DNA of 25,613 bases from an uncultured Verrucomicrobiales bacterium (GCA_964455925.1 CAYWAG010000001.1:1-25613); one strand, 5' to 3'. Shown: positions 7,707-17,343, counted from the first letter of the stretch. The notes: generated by a model from the sequence alone, not told the origin. A program made the numbers and translations.

Positions 7707-8882
7707 ATGAAACTGCTCAACGACCAACTCCAACTCGCGTATTGTACGAATATTCACCCCGCCGAAAGTTGGGCGGAGACCTTTGCCGCCCTGAAGGAAC
7801 ACACGCTTTCCGTCCGTGATACCCTCAGAGCTAACGGTGATCTCGCTCCTACCGCGCCCTATGCTATCGGGTTACGCCTTTCCGCGCTAGCCGCCGCTGA
7901 GCTCGAGCCGAACCTCCCTGAGTTCCAGGACTGGCTCCGAGCGGAGAACTGTTATGTCTTTACCATCAACGGGTTCCCCTACGGAGCCTTTCATGGCACC
8001 CGGGTAAAGGAGAAGGTCTATAAGCCGGACTGGACAACAGACTCACGCCTCGACTACACACGCACCATGGCGCGGATTATCTCGGCGCTGAACCCCGCAC
8101 AGAGTAACCTCTCTATTTCCACGCTCCCAGGCTCCTTTAAGGCCTTTCATGCCTATGAGCCCGCCCTCTTTTACCAGCTTATAGAGATCGCCGACTACCT
8201 AGAGGAGCTCTCGGTCAGCGCGGACCAGCACATCCACCTAGGGCTAGAGCCAGAGCCGCTCGGTCACTTTGAGAATCTATCAGAAACCATCGCCTTCTTC
8301 CAGCGGCTGTGGGACTACGCTCCGGCGGAAAAAGTACCCCTCCTTCAGCGGCGCATCGGCGTTAACTATGATACCTGTCACTTTGCGCTGGAATATGAGG
8401 ACTGCCACAGTGCGCTGGACGCCCTCATTGATGCTGGCATCTTTATCTCTAAGGTTCACCTATCTAATGCCCTTACCTTTGACCCGCAGGACAGCCGGGC
8501 GCTCGTCTATCTCCGTGACTTCGATGAACCCACTTACCTCCACCAAGTCCTCTGCCGTCATCCCGATGGAACCATCGTGCGGTTCACAGATATTCCGGAG
8601 TTTTTCGCGCACCTAGAGCAGGCGGAGACGAACCCGTATGTAGAGGCGCGCTGTCACTTCCATATCCCGCTGTATACCCAAGCCTCTGGAGTCTTTGGCA
8701 GCACGATCGAGCACGCACAGGAGGCGCTCACCTACCTGCAGAAGGTGCCGGATTACTGCAGTCACTTAGAGATCGAGACCTACACCTGGGGCGTGCTCCC
8801 CACCGACCTGCAGCGACCGCTGGCAACGATGATCAGCCAGGAGTATGCATGGGCGCTAACACACGTAGGGCCTGCCACGTAG
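7707..8882 (+). CDS. eboE: EboE-family TIM-barrel protein (metabolite traffic protein EboE, xylose-isomerase-like fold)
   Basis: LAYCTNIHPAE, IGLRLS, FTINGFPYGAFHGTRVKEKVYKPDW, LGLEPEP, YDTCH, EPTYLHQV, RCHFHIPL and HLEIETYTWGVLP motifs. Confidence 0.88.
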   Translation: MKLLNDQLQLAYCTNIHPAESWAETFAALKEHTLSVRDTLRANGDLAPTAPYAIGLRLSALAAAELEPNLPEFQDWLRAENCYVFTINGFPYGAFHGTRVKEKVYKPDWTTDSRLDYTRTMARIISALNPAQSNLSISTLPGSFKAFHAYEPALFYQLIEIADYLEELSVSADQHIHLGLEPEPLGHFENLSETIAFFQRLWDYAPAEKVPLLQRRIGVNYDTCHFALEYEDCHSALDALIDAGIFISKVHLSNALTFDPQDSRALVYLRDFDEPTYLHQVLCRHPDGTIVRFTDIPEFFAHLEQAETNPYVEARCHFHIPLYTQASGVFGSTIEHAQEALTYLQKVPDYCSHLEIETYTWGVLPTDLQRPLATMISQEYAWALTHVGPAT

Positions 8883-9699
8883 CATCCACCGCATGCACCC
8901 GCACTATGCAGGCGGGTAAACACATCACCGATGGTAGGCACGCCAACGTCCCCGCATCCCGGTGCGGCGGACGCTCCTCCCCGATCATATCCCCCACAAA
9001 CTGCTTACGCGATAACGGAACGAGGACGGGACAGCCATGGTCTGCCAACTCTCCCACGCGTGATACGATCTCCACACCCTCCGCGCTCGTCTTAGCAAAG
9101 TCTAATCCAGGATCTAGCACCAGGCGCTCCGCCGGCACCCCCGCGTCCTGTGCCTGCTGCACCTTCTCGGTGAAGAAGCGTTGCAGCTCCGCCATCATAT
9201 CATGCCAGCTTACATGCGTGTGGTCCTGCTTTGGTAATCCTACCGAATGCATGATTAAGAGACTGGCATCAGAGTTCGCGACCAAAGGCAGGGTCTCTGG
9301 ATACGCCAGCGCGCTCATATCGTTGATCAGCCTCACGCCATACGCCTTTGCAGGTGACAGCACGGCGCGAATAACAGCAGGGCGCCACGTGTTTACTGAT
9401 AAGATGGGGGGGAATACCTGAATCGCGTCCCGAGGCTGCGCCTCTGCAATCATGGTGTCCCACTGCGCTAGGACCATCTCCAGCCTCCTAATCTCCTCCG
9501 CCTCAGAGATCGCCTCCCGGTTCGTCCGGGCGCTCTCCGCGCCGAGGTCGATGACATCGGCACCTGCGGCGATCTGGTCCCGGCACTGCTGTATAATGAC
9601 AGCCGCATCCAGGGAGCCATCACCAGAGAACGAGTCATCATTAATATTCACGATCCCCATAATCATGGGGCGGCGAGCAGGGGTAAAGAAGTCGATCAT
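8833..9699 (-). CDS. folP: Dihydropteroate synthase
   Basis: IMGIVNINDDSFSGDG, GADVIDLGAESAR, LINDMS, LVLDPGLDFAK, PLSRKQF and IVRVH motifs. Confidence 0.93.
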   Translation of the reverse strand: MIDFFTPARRPMIMGIVNINDDSFSGDGSLDAAVIIQQCRDQIAAGADVIDLGAESARTNREAISEAEEIRRLEMVLAQWDTMIAEAQPRDAIQVFPPILSVNTWRPAVIRAVLSPAKAYGVRLINDMSALAYPETLPLVANSDASLLIMHSVGLPKQDHTHVSWHDMMAELQRFFTEKVQQAQDAGVPAERLVLDPGLDFAKTSAEGVEIVSRVGELADHGCPVLVPLSRKQFVGDMIGEERPPHRDAGTLACLPSVMCLPACIVRVHAVDATWQALRVLAPMHTPG

Positions 9700-10805
9700 G
9701 AGAGAGAGTCTAGGATAAAGTCAGAGATATCACGGGCGGCGTTAGGCTTAGCGATCACCCGCATATTCTCCTTCTGCAGACGCCAGAGCGCGCCATCATG
9801 CACCAGTAGGTCACGCAGAGCTTGGCGCATCTCGGCGGGGGTTTTTACAAAGGAACCACAGCCGCTGGCCTGAAGTAAAGCTAAGTTCCCCTCTTCCTGC
9901 CCCGGCACGAGGTGATGCACCAGCATCGGGCAGTTACTGGTAATAGCCTCATGCACCGTAGCGCCGCCTGCCTTCCCCACCACGAGGTGATGCGATGCTA
10001 ATAACTCATGCACGCGCCGCGTCCAGCCACGGAGGCGCACCCGCCCAGGGTAAGCGCGCTTATACTCCTGAGCCCTGGCATAGAGCTGGCGGACATTGCG
10101 CCCCAGCACCAGGGTCACATGCACGCGGGGATCAGACTCTAGCAGGGCGCGCAATGACTCCTGCATATGGCTCCCACTAGGAGGGGGAAAGAGCAGCACC
10201 CGAAACACATCCAGCCTGCCCCCCGCACTCAGCGGAGGGTTCTGCGTAAAGCGAGACTCCACCGGAAACCCAAACTCATGCACCACCTTAGGAGACAGCC
10301 CAAACCGCACCAGGCGCTCCCGTGTAAAGTGATCTGTGACAAACCAATGATCACAGGGAGCCTTAAACCAAGCCGCATTAATCTCGATGGAGTCCGTCAC
10401 TACCGTAAACACGGGCACCTTGCGCCCTTGCCGCTTCACATGCCGCTCTAGGAAATACGGGTAAATAAAATACGTCGATAGCAGCGCCTCTACCTCCCGC
10501 TCCTCTATCAACCGCCCTAAGGTGGACCGCACCTTACGCATCACCGGTAAGCGCTCCTTAGTAAAGTCCTGCCGATCACAGGCCTCATAGACTTTCCCCC
10601 AAATGGAAGGGCTATACATCGTCAGGCGGCGGTATGCGTTCGAAATCCGCTCAGACGTCCGAGGCGCAGCAATGCGGCAAGGATCCACCACCTGGGCTAC
10701 CGAGTCCTCCCCAAAGGCATCCTTTAGTCCCCGTGCGGCGCTATTATGCCCCTCACCAAACCCAGCCGTTGCGATTAATACTTGTGTCGTTGCTTCCCTG
10801 TCCAC
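9696..10805 (-). CDS. GT28 diacylglycerol glycosyltransferase (MGDG synthase/UgtP-like)
   Basis: TAGFGEGHNSAA, VVTD, VVGKAGGATVHEA and VPGQEEGN motifs; ATGA overlap with the folP start (9696-9699). Confidence 0.85.
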   Translation of the reverse strand: MDREATTQVLIATAGFGEGHNSAARGLKDAFGEDSVAQVVDPCRIAAPRTSERISNAYRRLTMYSPSIWGKVYEACDRQDFTKERLPVMRKVRSTLGRLIEEREVEALLSTYFIYPYFLERHVKRQGRKVPVFTVVTDSIEINAAWFKAPCDHWFVTDHFTRERLVRFGLSPKVVHEFGFPVESRFTQNPPLSAGGRLDVFRVLLFPPPSGSHMQESLRALLESDPRVHVTLVLGRNVRQLYARAQEYKRAYPGRVRLRGWTRRVHELLASHHLVVGKAGGATVHEAITSNCPMLVHHLVPGQEEGNLALLQASGCGSFVKTPAEMRQALRDLLVHDGALWRLQKENMRVIAKPNAARDISDFILDSLS

Positions 10806-10857
10806 GTTATCGCCCTTACCTTACTCCGCACGCATATTCCGTCAACCTCAGATCACC

Positions 10858-12651
10858 TCACTCCTGCACCAGAGGCGCGATCAAGCGCAAGGCGACCTTC
10901 TTACTCAGCAGACCGTATTGAGTCGGCGTGGCGTGCTCCTGCAGACCGCAGATGACTTGCTGTGGTCTCCCCGGCATGGGGTAGAGAGCCAGGGTCTTAG
11001 TATCCAGCCCATCCAGCTCCCCCTCCAGCGTAAACTTCTGCGACAAGGTCAGCACGGAGGCGACCGGACTCCCCTCTCCTATCAGCCGCTGCGCCTCATG
11101 CGTTGGCAGCCAGCGGTCAACGCGCAAGGACTCCAGCAGGCTTAAGAGCGCATTCGCCGAGACCGCATCAATGTCCTCATCGACAGGCACCCCTCCTACC
11201 TGCCCCTTCCAGAGCTCTAGGTTAAAGTTATAACTATAGTTCTCCAGCGGACGCCCTCGTACCTGGCGCTGTAAGCCACGCAGCGTGATCGACGAGAGCT
11301 GCCAGAGCTGATTATCCTTCCACGTGCTAGGCTGCGTCTGCACCTTACGGGCATGAGCGGAGCTTAAGATCGCAGAGAAGTCCTCCCCACGGCGCTGAAT
11401 GAGAGTATGCTGAGCGGTCGAGAAGAGGTCGTAATGGATCTCAGGCGCATCCCGCAGCGTGATCGTGATCGACTTATCTGGCTCCTGCCCCGCAGGCAGG
11501 GTCTCTAGGGTAAACCCCTCCACGGCATCCACCGTGAGGGCAGAGAGCAAATCTGCCACCCCCGTCTCCGTAGCCGGGAGCCACTCCGTCAGTGTTTGGT
11601 ACATCCATCTAGGGGCACCCGTGCTCGTCGGCAAGATCGCCAGCGTAACGGGTGCAGACTGCTCGCGCGACTGCAGGAGCAGTGAGTGAATATCACCTGA
11701 GGTAAAGTCCGCCAAGATCTTAGAGCGGAGCACATCCACCTGCGGCACGACCAGGTCCAGCGCCCCATCCGCAAACTCATAAGTAAAGGGACTGCCCTCC
11801 AGATACGCCGCATTCTTATATAAGCTCAGCTTCTGTGGGGGCAGTGCACTGGATGCCGACTGCAAGGTCAGCGTCGCCGATGGCTTCACCCCAGGACGGG
11901 GCACCACCTTCAGCGCAGAGGCCTCCAGAGCATAGAGCGCATCGACCAGCGTCTGAACCGCATCCGCATCAGTACGGAGCGACAGCGGAGCCGTCAGCCT
12001 CCAGTCCTCATCCGCCTGCGGGCGCGCCATTGTTACGGTTTGCCCCCCATGCTGGTAGCTTATCCCTGTCAGTAGATCTGGGTGAAAGAAGAACGGACGG
12101 TGATCTAGCAGAGACTCCGGGCTTAAGCCTGGATAAGCCGCCTTCAGCTCGCTCGTGCAGGCATACGTCCGCCCATCCCTATACCGTAGCGCGAACGACG
12201 GCGCCAACGGAGGCTCTAGCCCCGTATAACGTGGCAGCACCCCGCACAGCTCCGTCTCATACACCACCCCAGAATCCGTGCGCAATACTAGGTGGATCAG
12301 ACCGCCCTCCACATCACTGGAGGGATCTAGGGAGATCTCCTGCTGCACCGTAGCGGTCTCTAACATAAAGAGGAGCTGATCGAGCTTAGCATAATCCGCC
12401 CTCACCAGCTGCCCATCCAGCTCTGTAGTCCACTCCGCCAGTCCGCGCTCATACACCTGACTCTCCCCCCCCCGCGTAATCGTAATCCGCGACACCTCCT
12501 TCTTATAAAAAGGGAACAACGCCGCCCCCTGAGGTAAAACAGGCGCCCCGATCAACGCCGCGACCTTACCCTGCCCCGATTGGTAAAGGTAGAGCCCAAG
12601 AGCGACTGCGGCACAGAGAGCCGCGCAGAGAATAGCAAGGAAAGACTTCAT
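10858..12651 (-). CDS. DUF4340 domain-containing membrane-anchored protein
   Basis: N-terminal TM helix; repeated 'RITI.R.GES..ER', 'W.L..P...R.DADAV..L...L..L.A' and 'PA.TLTL' patterns typical of DUF4340; collinear with GT28 and folP. Confidence 0.65.
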   Translation of the reverse strand: MKSFLAILCAALCAAVALGLYLYQSGQGKVAALIGAPVLPQGAALFPFYKKEVSRITITRGGESQVYERGLAEWTTELDGQLVRADYAKLDQLLFMLETATVQQEISLDPSSDVEGGLIHLVLRTDSGVVYETELCGVLPRYTGLEPPLAPSFALRYRDGRTYACTSELKAAYPGLSPESLLDHRPFFFHPDLLTGISYQHGGQTVTMARPQADEDWRLTAPLSLRTDADAVQTLVDALYALEASALKVVPRPGVKPSATLTLQSASSALPPQKLSLYKNAAYLEGSPFTYEFADGALDLVVPQVDVLRSKILADFTSGDIHSLLLQSREQSAPVTLAILPTSTGAPRWMYQTLTEWLPATETGVADLLSALTVDAVEGFTLETLPAGQEPDKSITITLRDAPEIHYDLFSTAQHTLIQRRGEDFSAILSSAHARKVQTQPSTWKDNQLWQLSSITLRGLQRQVRGRPLENYSYNFNLELWKGQVGGVPVDEDIDAVSANALLSLLESLRVDRWLPTHEAQRLIGEGSPVASVLTLSQKFTLEGELDGLDTKTLALYPMPGRPQQVICGLQEHATPTQYGLLSKKVALRLIAPLVQE

Positions 12652-12757
12652 ATCAGCGGATACCTGTCATAACGTATCCGCCTTCCCCTCTGCAAGCAGA
12701 ACATGATGATACCCACATTCCACAGTCCAAAAAACACGAGAAAACTCCCGTGGATAC

Positions 12758-12786
12758 TTGACCGCATGGTAGGAGCTGACTAGGTT
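12758..12786 (+). promoter_or_regulatory. Candidate sigma70 promoter of sucC
   Basis: TTGACC (12758-12763), 17-nt spacer, TAGGTT (12781-12786), 32 nt before ATG 12819. Confidence 0.5.
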
Positions 12787-12818
12787 GCACGCATTCCAAC
12801 ATAGAGGAAACCAGTCTT

Positions 12819-14003
12819 ATGAATATTCATGAATATCAAGCAGCGGAACTGTTCACACAGTTCGGTGTGCCTTGCCCAGCGGGTAAGGTAGCAAGCACGC
12901 GTGCCGAGGCCGAGGCCGCGGCAGAAGCACTCGGAGGCGGCAAGCTCGTCGTTAAGGCGCAAGTTCACGCCGGTGGTCGTGGTAAGGGCACCTTTAAGAA
13001 CGGCTTCCAGGGCGGAGTCCACCTCGGTAATAACCCGACCGAAATCGGGGAGTTCGCTGAGCAAATGATCGGTCAAACCCTCGTCACAAAGCAAACCGGC
13101 GATGCTGGTAAGCTCGTGAGCAAGGTCATGATCGGGGAAGCCGTCTCCATCGAGAAGGAGTACTACCTCGCCGTCCTTATGGATCGTGAGTCCTCCTCCC
13201 CCGTCATCGTCGCCTCTACAGAAGGTGGCATGGACATCGAGGAAGTTGCAGAGAGCACGCCAGAGGCGATCGTCCGTGAGATCGTTCACCCTACCCTCGG
13301 GCTCCAAGCCTACAACATCCGTAAGCTCATCAAGGGGCTTAAGTTTGACAAGGATCAGGGCAAGCAGTTCTCTAAGCTTATCCAGTCCCTCTACAAGCTC
13401 TTCGTCTCCTGTGACTGCTCCATGGTCGAGATCAACCCAATGGTTGTGACCACCGACGGACAGCTCATGTGCCTCGATGCTAAGTTCGGGTTCGACGACA
13501 ATGCGCTCTACCGTCACCCCAACATCATGGAATACCGCGACCTCTCAGAGGAAGACCCACGTGAAGTAGAGGCATCTAAGTATGACCTCAACTACATCGG
13601 GCTGGACGGCTCCATCGCCTGCCTCGTTAACGGTGCCGGCCTCGCCATGGCGACCATGGACATCATTAAGTTCTCCGGTGGTGAGCCAGCAAACTTCCTG
13701 GACGTAGGAGGTGGCGCGACAGAAGAGCAAGTCACCGCCGCCTTTAACATCATCATGGGCGACCCGAACGTCAAAGGCATCCTCGTGAACATCTTCGGCG
13801 GAATCATGGACTGCGAAGTCATCGCCAAGGGCATCGTAGCGGCCTGTAAGCAAACCGGTCTTGAGCTTCCTCTCGTCGTCCGTCTAGAAGGAAACAACGT
13901 CGTCGCTGGTAAGCAAGTCCTCGCAGACTCCGGCCTCCCGATCATCTCCGCAGACACCCTCTCCGAAGCCGCGATCAAGGCAGTCGCAGCAGTAAACGGT
14001 TAA
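12819..14003 (+). CDS. sucC: Succinyl-CoA synthetase beta subunit
   Basis: [53 protein letters not shown] and NIFGGIMDC motifs. Confidence 0.98.
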   Translation: MNIHEYQAAELFTQFGVPCPAGKVASTRAEAEAAAEALGGGKLVVKAQVHAGGRGKGTFKNGFQGGVHLGNNPTEIGEFAEQMIGQTLVTKQTGDAGKLVSKVMIGEAVSIEKEYYLAVLMDRESSSPVIVASTEGGMDIEEVAESTPEAIVREIVHPTLGLQAYNIRKLIKGLKFDKDQGKQFSKLIQSLYKLFVSCDCSMVEINPMVVTTDGQLMCLDAKFGFDDNALYRHPNIMEYRDLSEEDPREVEASKYDLNYIGLDGSIACLVNGAGLAMATMDIIKFSGGEPANFLDVGGGATEEQVTAAFNIIMGDPNVKGILVNIFGGIMDCEVIAKGIVAACKQTGLELPLVVRLEGNNVVAGKQVLADSGLPIISADTLSEAAIKAVAAVNG

Positions 14004-14010
14004 TGAAACC

Positions 14011-14038
14011 ATCAGTTAGCAGTTCACAGTAAGCAGCT
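14011..14038. repeat. Left heptamer tandem flank of the four-helix-bundle gene
   Basis: ATCAGTT AGCAGTT CACAGTA AGCAGCT (7-nt period, NNCAGYW). Confidence 0.7.
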
Positions 14039-14046
14039 AGACAATT

Positions 14047-14406
14047 ATGGCACAGTCTTTTGAAGATCTCGAAATCTGGAAAAGATCGTGTCGGCTCGCT
14101 GTAGATCTGTGTAAAGCGCTAGCAGATAGTAGGAACTTAGGGCTAAAGGATCAGATTCAGCGCGCCGCTGTATCAGTTCCATCTAATATAGCAGAAGGGA
14201 AAGAGCGTGATTCGCAAAAAGAGTTTGTCCGATTCCTCCGAATCGCCAAAGCCTCAAACGCCGAGCTCCGCACCCAACTCTACATTGGCAAGGAACTCGC
14301 ACTCCTCCCCCCAGCCCAAGCCTCCCACTTCATAACCGAAACCAAACAACTCTCAAAAATGATCCAAGCAATGATCAATACGATCAACGCTACGATCAAA
14401 CAATAA
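14047..14406 (+). CDS. Four helix bundle protein (23S rRNA IVP / TIGR02436-like)
   Basis: SFEDLEIWKRS, LKDQIQRAAVSVPSNIAEG and EFVRFLRIAKASNAELRTQL family motifs; 119 aa. Confidence 0.92.
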   Translation: MAQSFEDLEIWKRSCRLAVDLCKALADSRNLGLKDQIQRAAVSVPSNIAEGKERDSQKEFVRFLRIAKASNAELRTQLYIGKELALLPPAQASHFITETKQLSKMIQAMINTINATIKQ

Positions 14407-14414
14407 ACCCCAAA

Positions 14415-14442
14415 AGCTGATAACTAAAAACTGTCAGCTGAT
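14415..14442. repeat. Right heptamer tandem flank, inverted relative to the left flank
   Basis: AGCTGAT AACTAAA AACTGTC AGCTGAT; its reverse complement matches the left flank at 20/28 ungapped by manual count. Confidence 0.7.
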
Positions 14443-14456
14443 AAATCCAAGAAACA

Positions 14457-15362
14457 ATGGCTATTTTAGTAGATGAAAACACGAAGGTTCTCGTTCAGGG
14501 AATCACGGGTGGGTTCGGCGGCAAGCACGCTGGTCTCTCCCTCGATTACGGCACCCAGCTCGTCGCTGGTGTCACGCCAGGTAAGGGCGGACAATCCTTT
14601 GACCACGCGGTAAGCAACGTCCCCATCTTTGACACCGTGGCAGAAGCCGCCTCAGAGACCGGCGCTGATGCCTCCGCTATCTTCGTTCCTCCTCCATTCG
14701 CAGCCGATGCGATCCTAGAGGCGATCGACGCAAAGATCCCGCTCATCTGTGCCATCACAGAGGGCATCCCCGTCATGGACATGATGAAGGTCAAGGCCGC
14801 GCTCGCAGACAGTGACTCCCGCCTCATCGGGCCTAACTGCCCAGGCATCGTCACCCCTGGCACTGGCAAGGACTCCCACGGTGGGTGCCGCATCGGCATC
14901 GCCCCAGGCTACATCCACAAGCGTGGTAACGTCGGGGTTGTCTCCCGCTCCGGCACCCTCACATACGAGGCCGTCTTCCAGCTCACCGAGCTAGGCTACG
15001 GCCAGTCCACCTGTGTGGGCATCGGTGGAGACCCCATCAACGGCACCTCCCACCTCGACGTCCTAGAGATGTTTAACGAGGACCCAGAGACAGAGGCCAT
15101 CATCATGATCGGGGAGATCGGTGGTAACGCCGAGGCAGAAGCCGCCCGCTGGGCTAAGGAGAACTGTAAGAAGCCAATCGCCGGCTTCATCGCAGGTGCC
15201 ACCGCGCCTCCAGGACGCAGCATGGGCCACGCCGGTGCCATCGTTGGTGGTGCCGAGGACACCGCCGAGGCAAAGAAAGCGATCCTCCGCGAATGCGGGA
15301 TCGCAGTAGCCGACAACCCATCTGAGATGGGCAAGACCCTCCTAGAGATCTGGGGCAAATAA
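14457..15362 (+). CDS. sucD: Succinyl-CoA synthetase alpha subunit
   Basis: [54 protein letters not shown] and MGHAGA (phospho-His) motifs. Confidence 0.98.
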   Translation: MAILVDENTKVLVQGITGGFGGKHAGLSLDYGTQLVAGVTPGKGGQSFDHAVSNVPIFDTVAEAASETGADASAIFVPPPFAADAILEAIDAKIPLICAITEGIPVMDMMKVKAALADSDSRLIGPNCPGIVTPGTGKDSHGGCRIGIAPGYIHKRGNVGVVSRSGTLTYEAVFQLTELGYGQSTCVGIGGDPINGTSHLDVLEMFNEDPETEAIIMIGEIGGNAEAEAARWAKENCKKPIAGFIAGATAPPGRSMGHAGAIVGGAEDTAEAKKAILRECGIAVADNPSEMGKTLLEIWGK

Positions 15363-15387
15363 GCTGCCCTCCCCCCTCAACATAAAC

Positions 15388-15424
15388 AAATCGGAGTCCC
15401 CAACAGGAGGCTCCGATTTTTTTT
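15388..15424 (+). terminator. Rho-independent terminator after sucD
   Basis: Stem AAATCGGAGTC/GGCTCCGATTT (11 bp, one G-U), T-run 15417-15424. Confidence 0.8.
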
Positions 15425-15438
15425 AACCAACACCCCAC

Positions 15439-16233
15439 ATGCCGACCGCCCCCCTTATACAGCTTGCCGAGCAGATCGCCACCGCAGCACATGCAGACCA
15501 ATACCGCCGCGATGGCATCACACCCTACATTACCCACCCAAGAGCAGTAGCCAAACGTATAAAAAGTGACACAGAAGCCCAAGTAGTAGCATGGCTTCAT
15601 GATACCATCGAAGATACGCATCACACCGCAGATTCACTACAAGCCGCTGGCATCCCCGCTCGTTTGATCGCAGACGTCCAGCTCCTCACCAAGGACGCAG
15701 ATACAGACTACGAGCAATACCTCAGCCGCATCGCAACCTCCGCCAGAGCAACTAAGGTTAAGATCGCGGACATGCTCGCAAACCTCGCAGATCAACCGAC
15801 AGAAGATCAAGTGCGTAAATACGCCTCTGGCCTCCTAACCCTGACGCAGACGAACTTACCAGAGGGAACCTCCTGCCCGCCACAGCTCAACCTTACAGTC
15901 ATCAGAGCCGCAGATATCCATAACTCCGCCAACTTCTATCGTAATTTAGACCTAGAGTTCGAGCTACACAGCCATGGCAATGGACCGCAACACTATGCCA
16001 CATTAGAAGGGGACACCGTGTTTGAGATCTACCCCGCGACAGAGAAGTTCCCCGTATCTCAGAGCACGAGGATAGGCTTCGCCGTCACCTCATGTGATGC
16101 AGTCGTGCAGCGCATACAAACACAAGGACACCGCATCATCTCCCGCCCAAAGGACTCCCCATGGGGCGTCCGTGCAGTAGTGGTCGATCCAGACGGCCAT
16201 CGGGTAGAGATCACCTCTAAGCGAACTGACTGA
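15439..16233 (+). CDS. Fusion of an HD-domain (RelA/SpoT-type, small-alarmone-hydrolase-like) domain and a VOC/glyoxalase domain
   Basis: N-half: AHADQYRRDGITPYITHPRAVA, WLHDTIEDT, KVKIADMLANL. C-half: LNLTVIRAADIHNSANFY, TVFEIYP, RIGFAVTSCD, DSPWGVRAVVVDPDGHRVEI. One continuous frame. Confidence 0.8.
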   Translation: MPTAPLIQLAEQIATAAHADQYRRDGITPYITHPRAVAKRIKSDTEAQVVAWLHDTIEDTHHTADSLQAAGIPARLIADVQLLTKDADTDYEQYLSRIATSARATKVKIADMLANLADQPTEDQVRKYASGLLTLTQTNLPEGTSCPPQLNLTVIRAADIHNSANFYRNLDLEFELHSHGNGPQHYATLEGDTVFEIYPATEKFPVSQSTRIGFAVTSCDAVVQRIQTQGHRIISRPKDSPWGVRAVVVDPDGHRVEITSKRTD

Positions 16234-17233
16234 GGAAGCGGGTGTCGTTCTCAATGAGGAGGCGAATATCACGGATGCCGTATTTGATCATCGCAAGACG
16301 GTCGATCCCCATGCCGAAGGCGAAGCCAGTCACCTTGTCGGGGTTGAGGAGGTCATCCTTACGCTCCGCGTTGATCGCCTGGAAGACCGCAGGGTCAACC
16401 ATTCCACATCCCGCTACCTCGACCCACTTCGGCTCCTGCCCCTTAGCACGGAGCATGATGTCGATCTCGAAGCTTGGCTCCGTGAACGGGAAGAAGTGTG
16501 GACGGAAGCGCACCTCTGTGTCTGGCCCGAACAAGCATTGGTAGAAATACTCTAAGGTTCCCTTAAGATCACCCAGATTCACATCCTCGGCGACATACAG
16601 GCCCTCTAGCTGGTTAAAGACAGAGAGGTGCGTGGCATCGATCTCATCACGACGGTATGCAGACCCAGGAGCAATGATACGGATGGGAGGTGCCGCCTTC
16701 TCCATGGTGCGCACCTGCACGCTGGAGGTGTGCGTACGCAGCAGCTTACCGCTATTAAAGTAGAAGGTATCCTTCTCGTTACGCGCTGGGTGGTCCTGCG
16801 GCGTGTTCAGCGCGTCAAAGCAATGGAACTCGGTCTCAATCTCTGGTCCCTCAGCGAGCGCAAACCCTAGACGACGCAAAATCTGAATCGCCTCATCCTT
16901 AACGATGGTCAGAGGATGCAGCGTCGCCTCTGGTGTAGGGTACGACGGGAGGGTCAAATCCACATGCGCGACCGAGGCAGCATCAGCGGCCGCCTGCAGG
17001 TGGTCCATCTTACTCTCCAGAGCGGTATTGATGGCACTGCGCGTCTCGTTCAGGAGCTGGCCATACGCCTTCTTCTCCTCGTTCGGGATAGACTTCATCA
17101 GCGCCTGGGCCGCCGTCAGACGGCCCTTTTTACCTAAGAACGCCACCTTCTGCTCCTCTAAGGTCGCAAGGGTATCGGCCGCCTCGATCGCCGCCAGGGC
17201 ATCAGCTTGTATCTCTTTTACATCCGCAGACAT
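16217..17233 (-). CDS. pheS: Phenylalanine-tRNA ligase alpha subunit
   Basis: FLGKKG, LHPLT, FDALNTPQDHPARNEKDTFY, LLRTHTSSVQVR, FRPHFFPFTEPSFE and GFAFGMGIDRLAM motifs. Start placed at MSADV (17233). Confidence 0.97.
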   Translation of the reverse strand: MSADVKEIQADALAAIEAADTLATLEEQKVAFLGKKGRLTAAQALMKSIPNEEKKAYGQLLNETRSAINTALESKMDHLQAAADAASVAHVDLTLPSYPTPEATLHPLTIVKDEAIQILRRLGFALAEGPEIETEFHCFDALNTPQDHPARNEKDTFYFNSGKLLRTHTSSVQVRTMEKAAPPIRIIAPGSAYRRDEIDATHLSVFNQLEGLYVAEDVNLGDLKGTLEYFYQCLFGPDTEVRFRPHFFPFTEPSFEIDIMLRAKGQEPKWVEVAGCGMVDPAVFQAINAERKDDLLNPDKVTGFAFGMGIDRLAMIKYGIRDIRLLIENDTRFLSQFA

Positions 17234-17343
17234 GAGGCATGATTTAGAGACCATCCCCACGCATTGCAAGCATCAGGACGGAGTTTTTTCTCTCACATCA
17301 TGGGGCATGTATATAAAAGCGGTATTGTGGATATAGAAGTGGT

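Noticed and set aside
14047-14406. Four-helix protein as the Avd of a diversity-generating retroelement
   Set aside because: No reverse transcriptase and no template/variable repeat pair with A-specific mismatches in the window. The 208-bp repeat has only one mismatch and includes no adjacent RT.
12780-15624. Long minus-strand ORFs opposite sucC/sucD (e.g. 12780-13517, 245 aa)
   Set aside because: Antisense mirrors of highly biased codon usage; no independent motifs.
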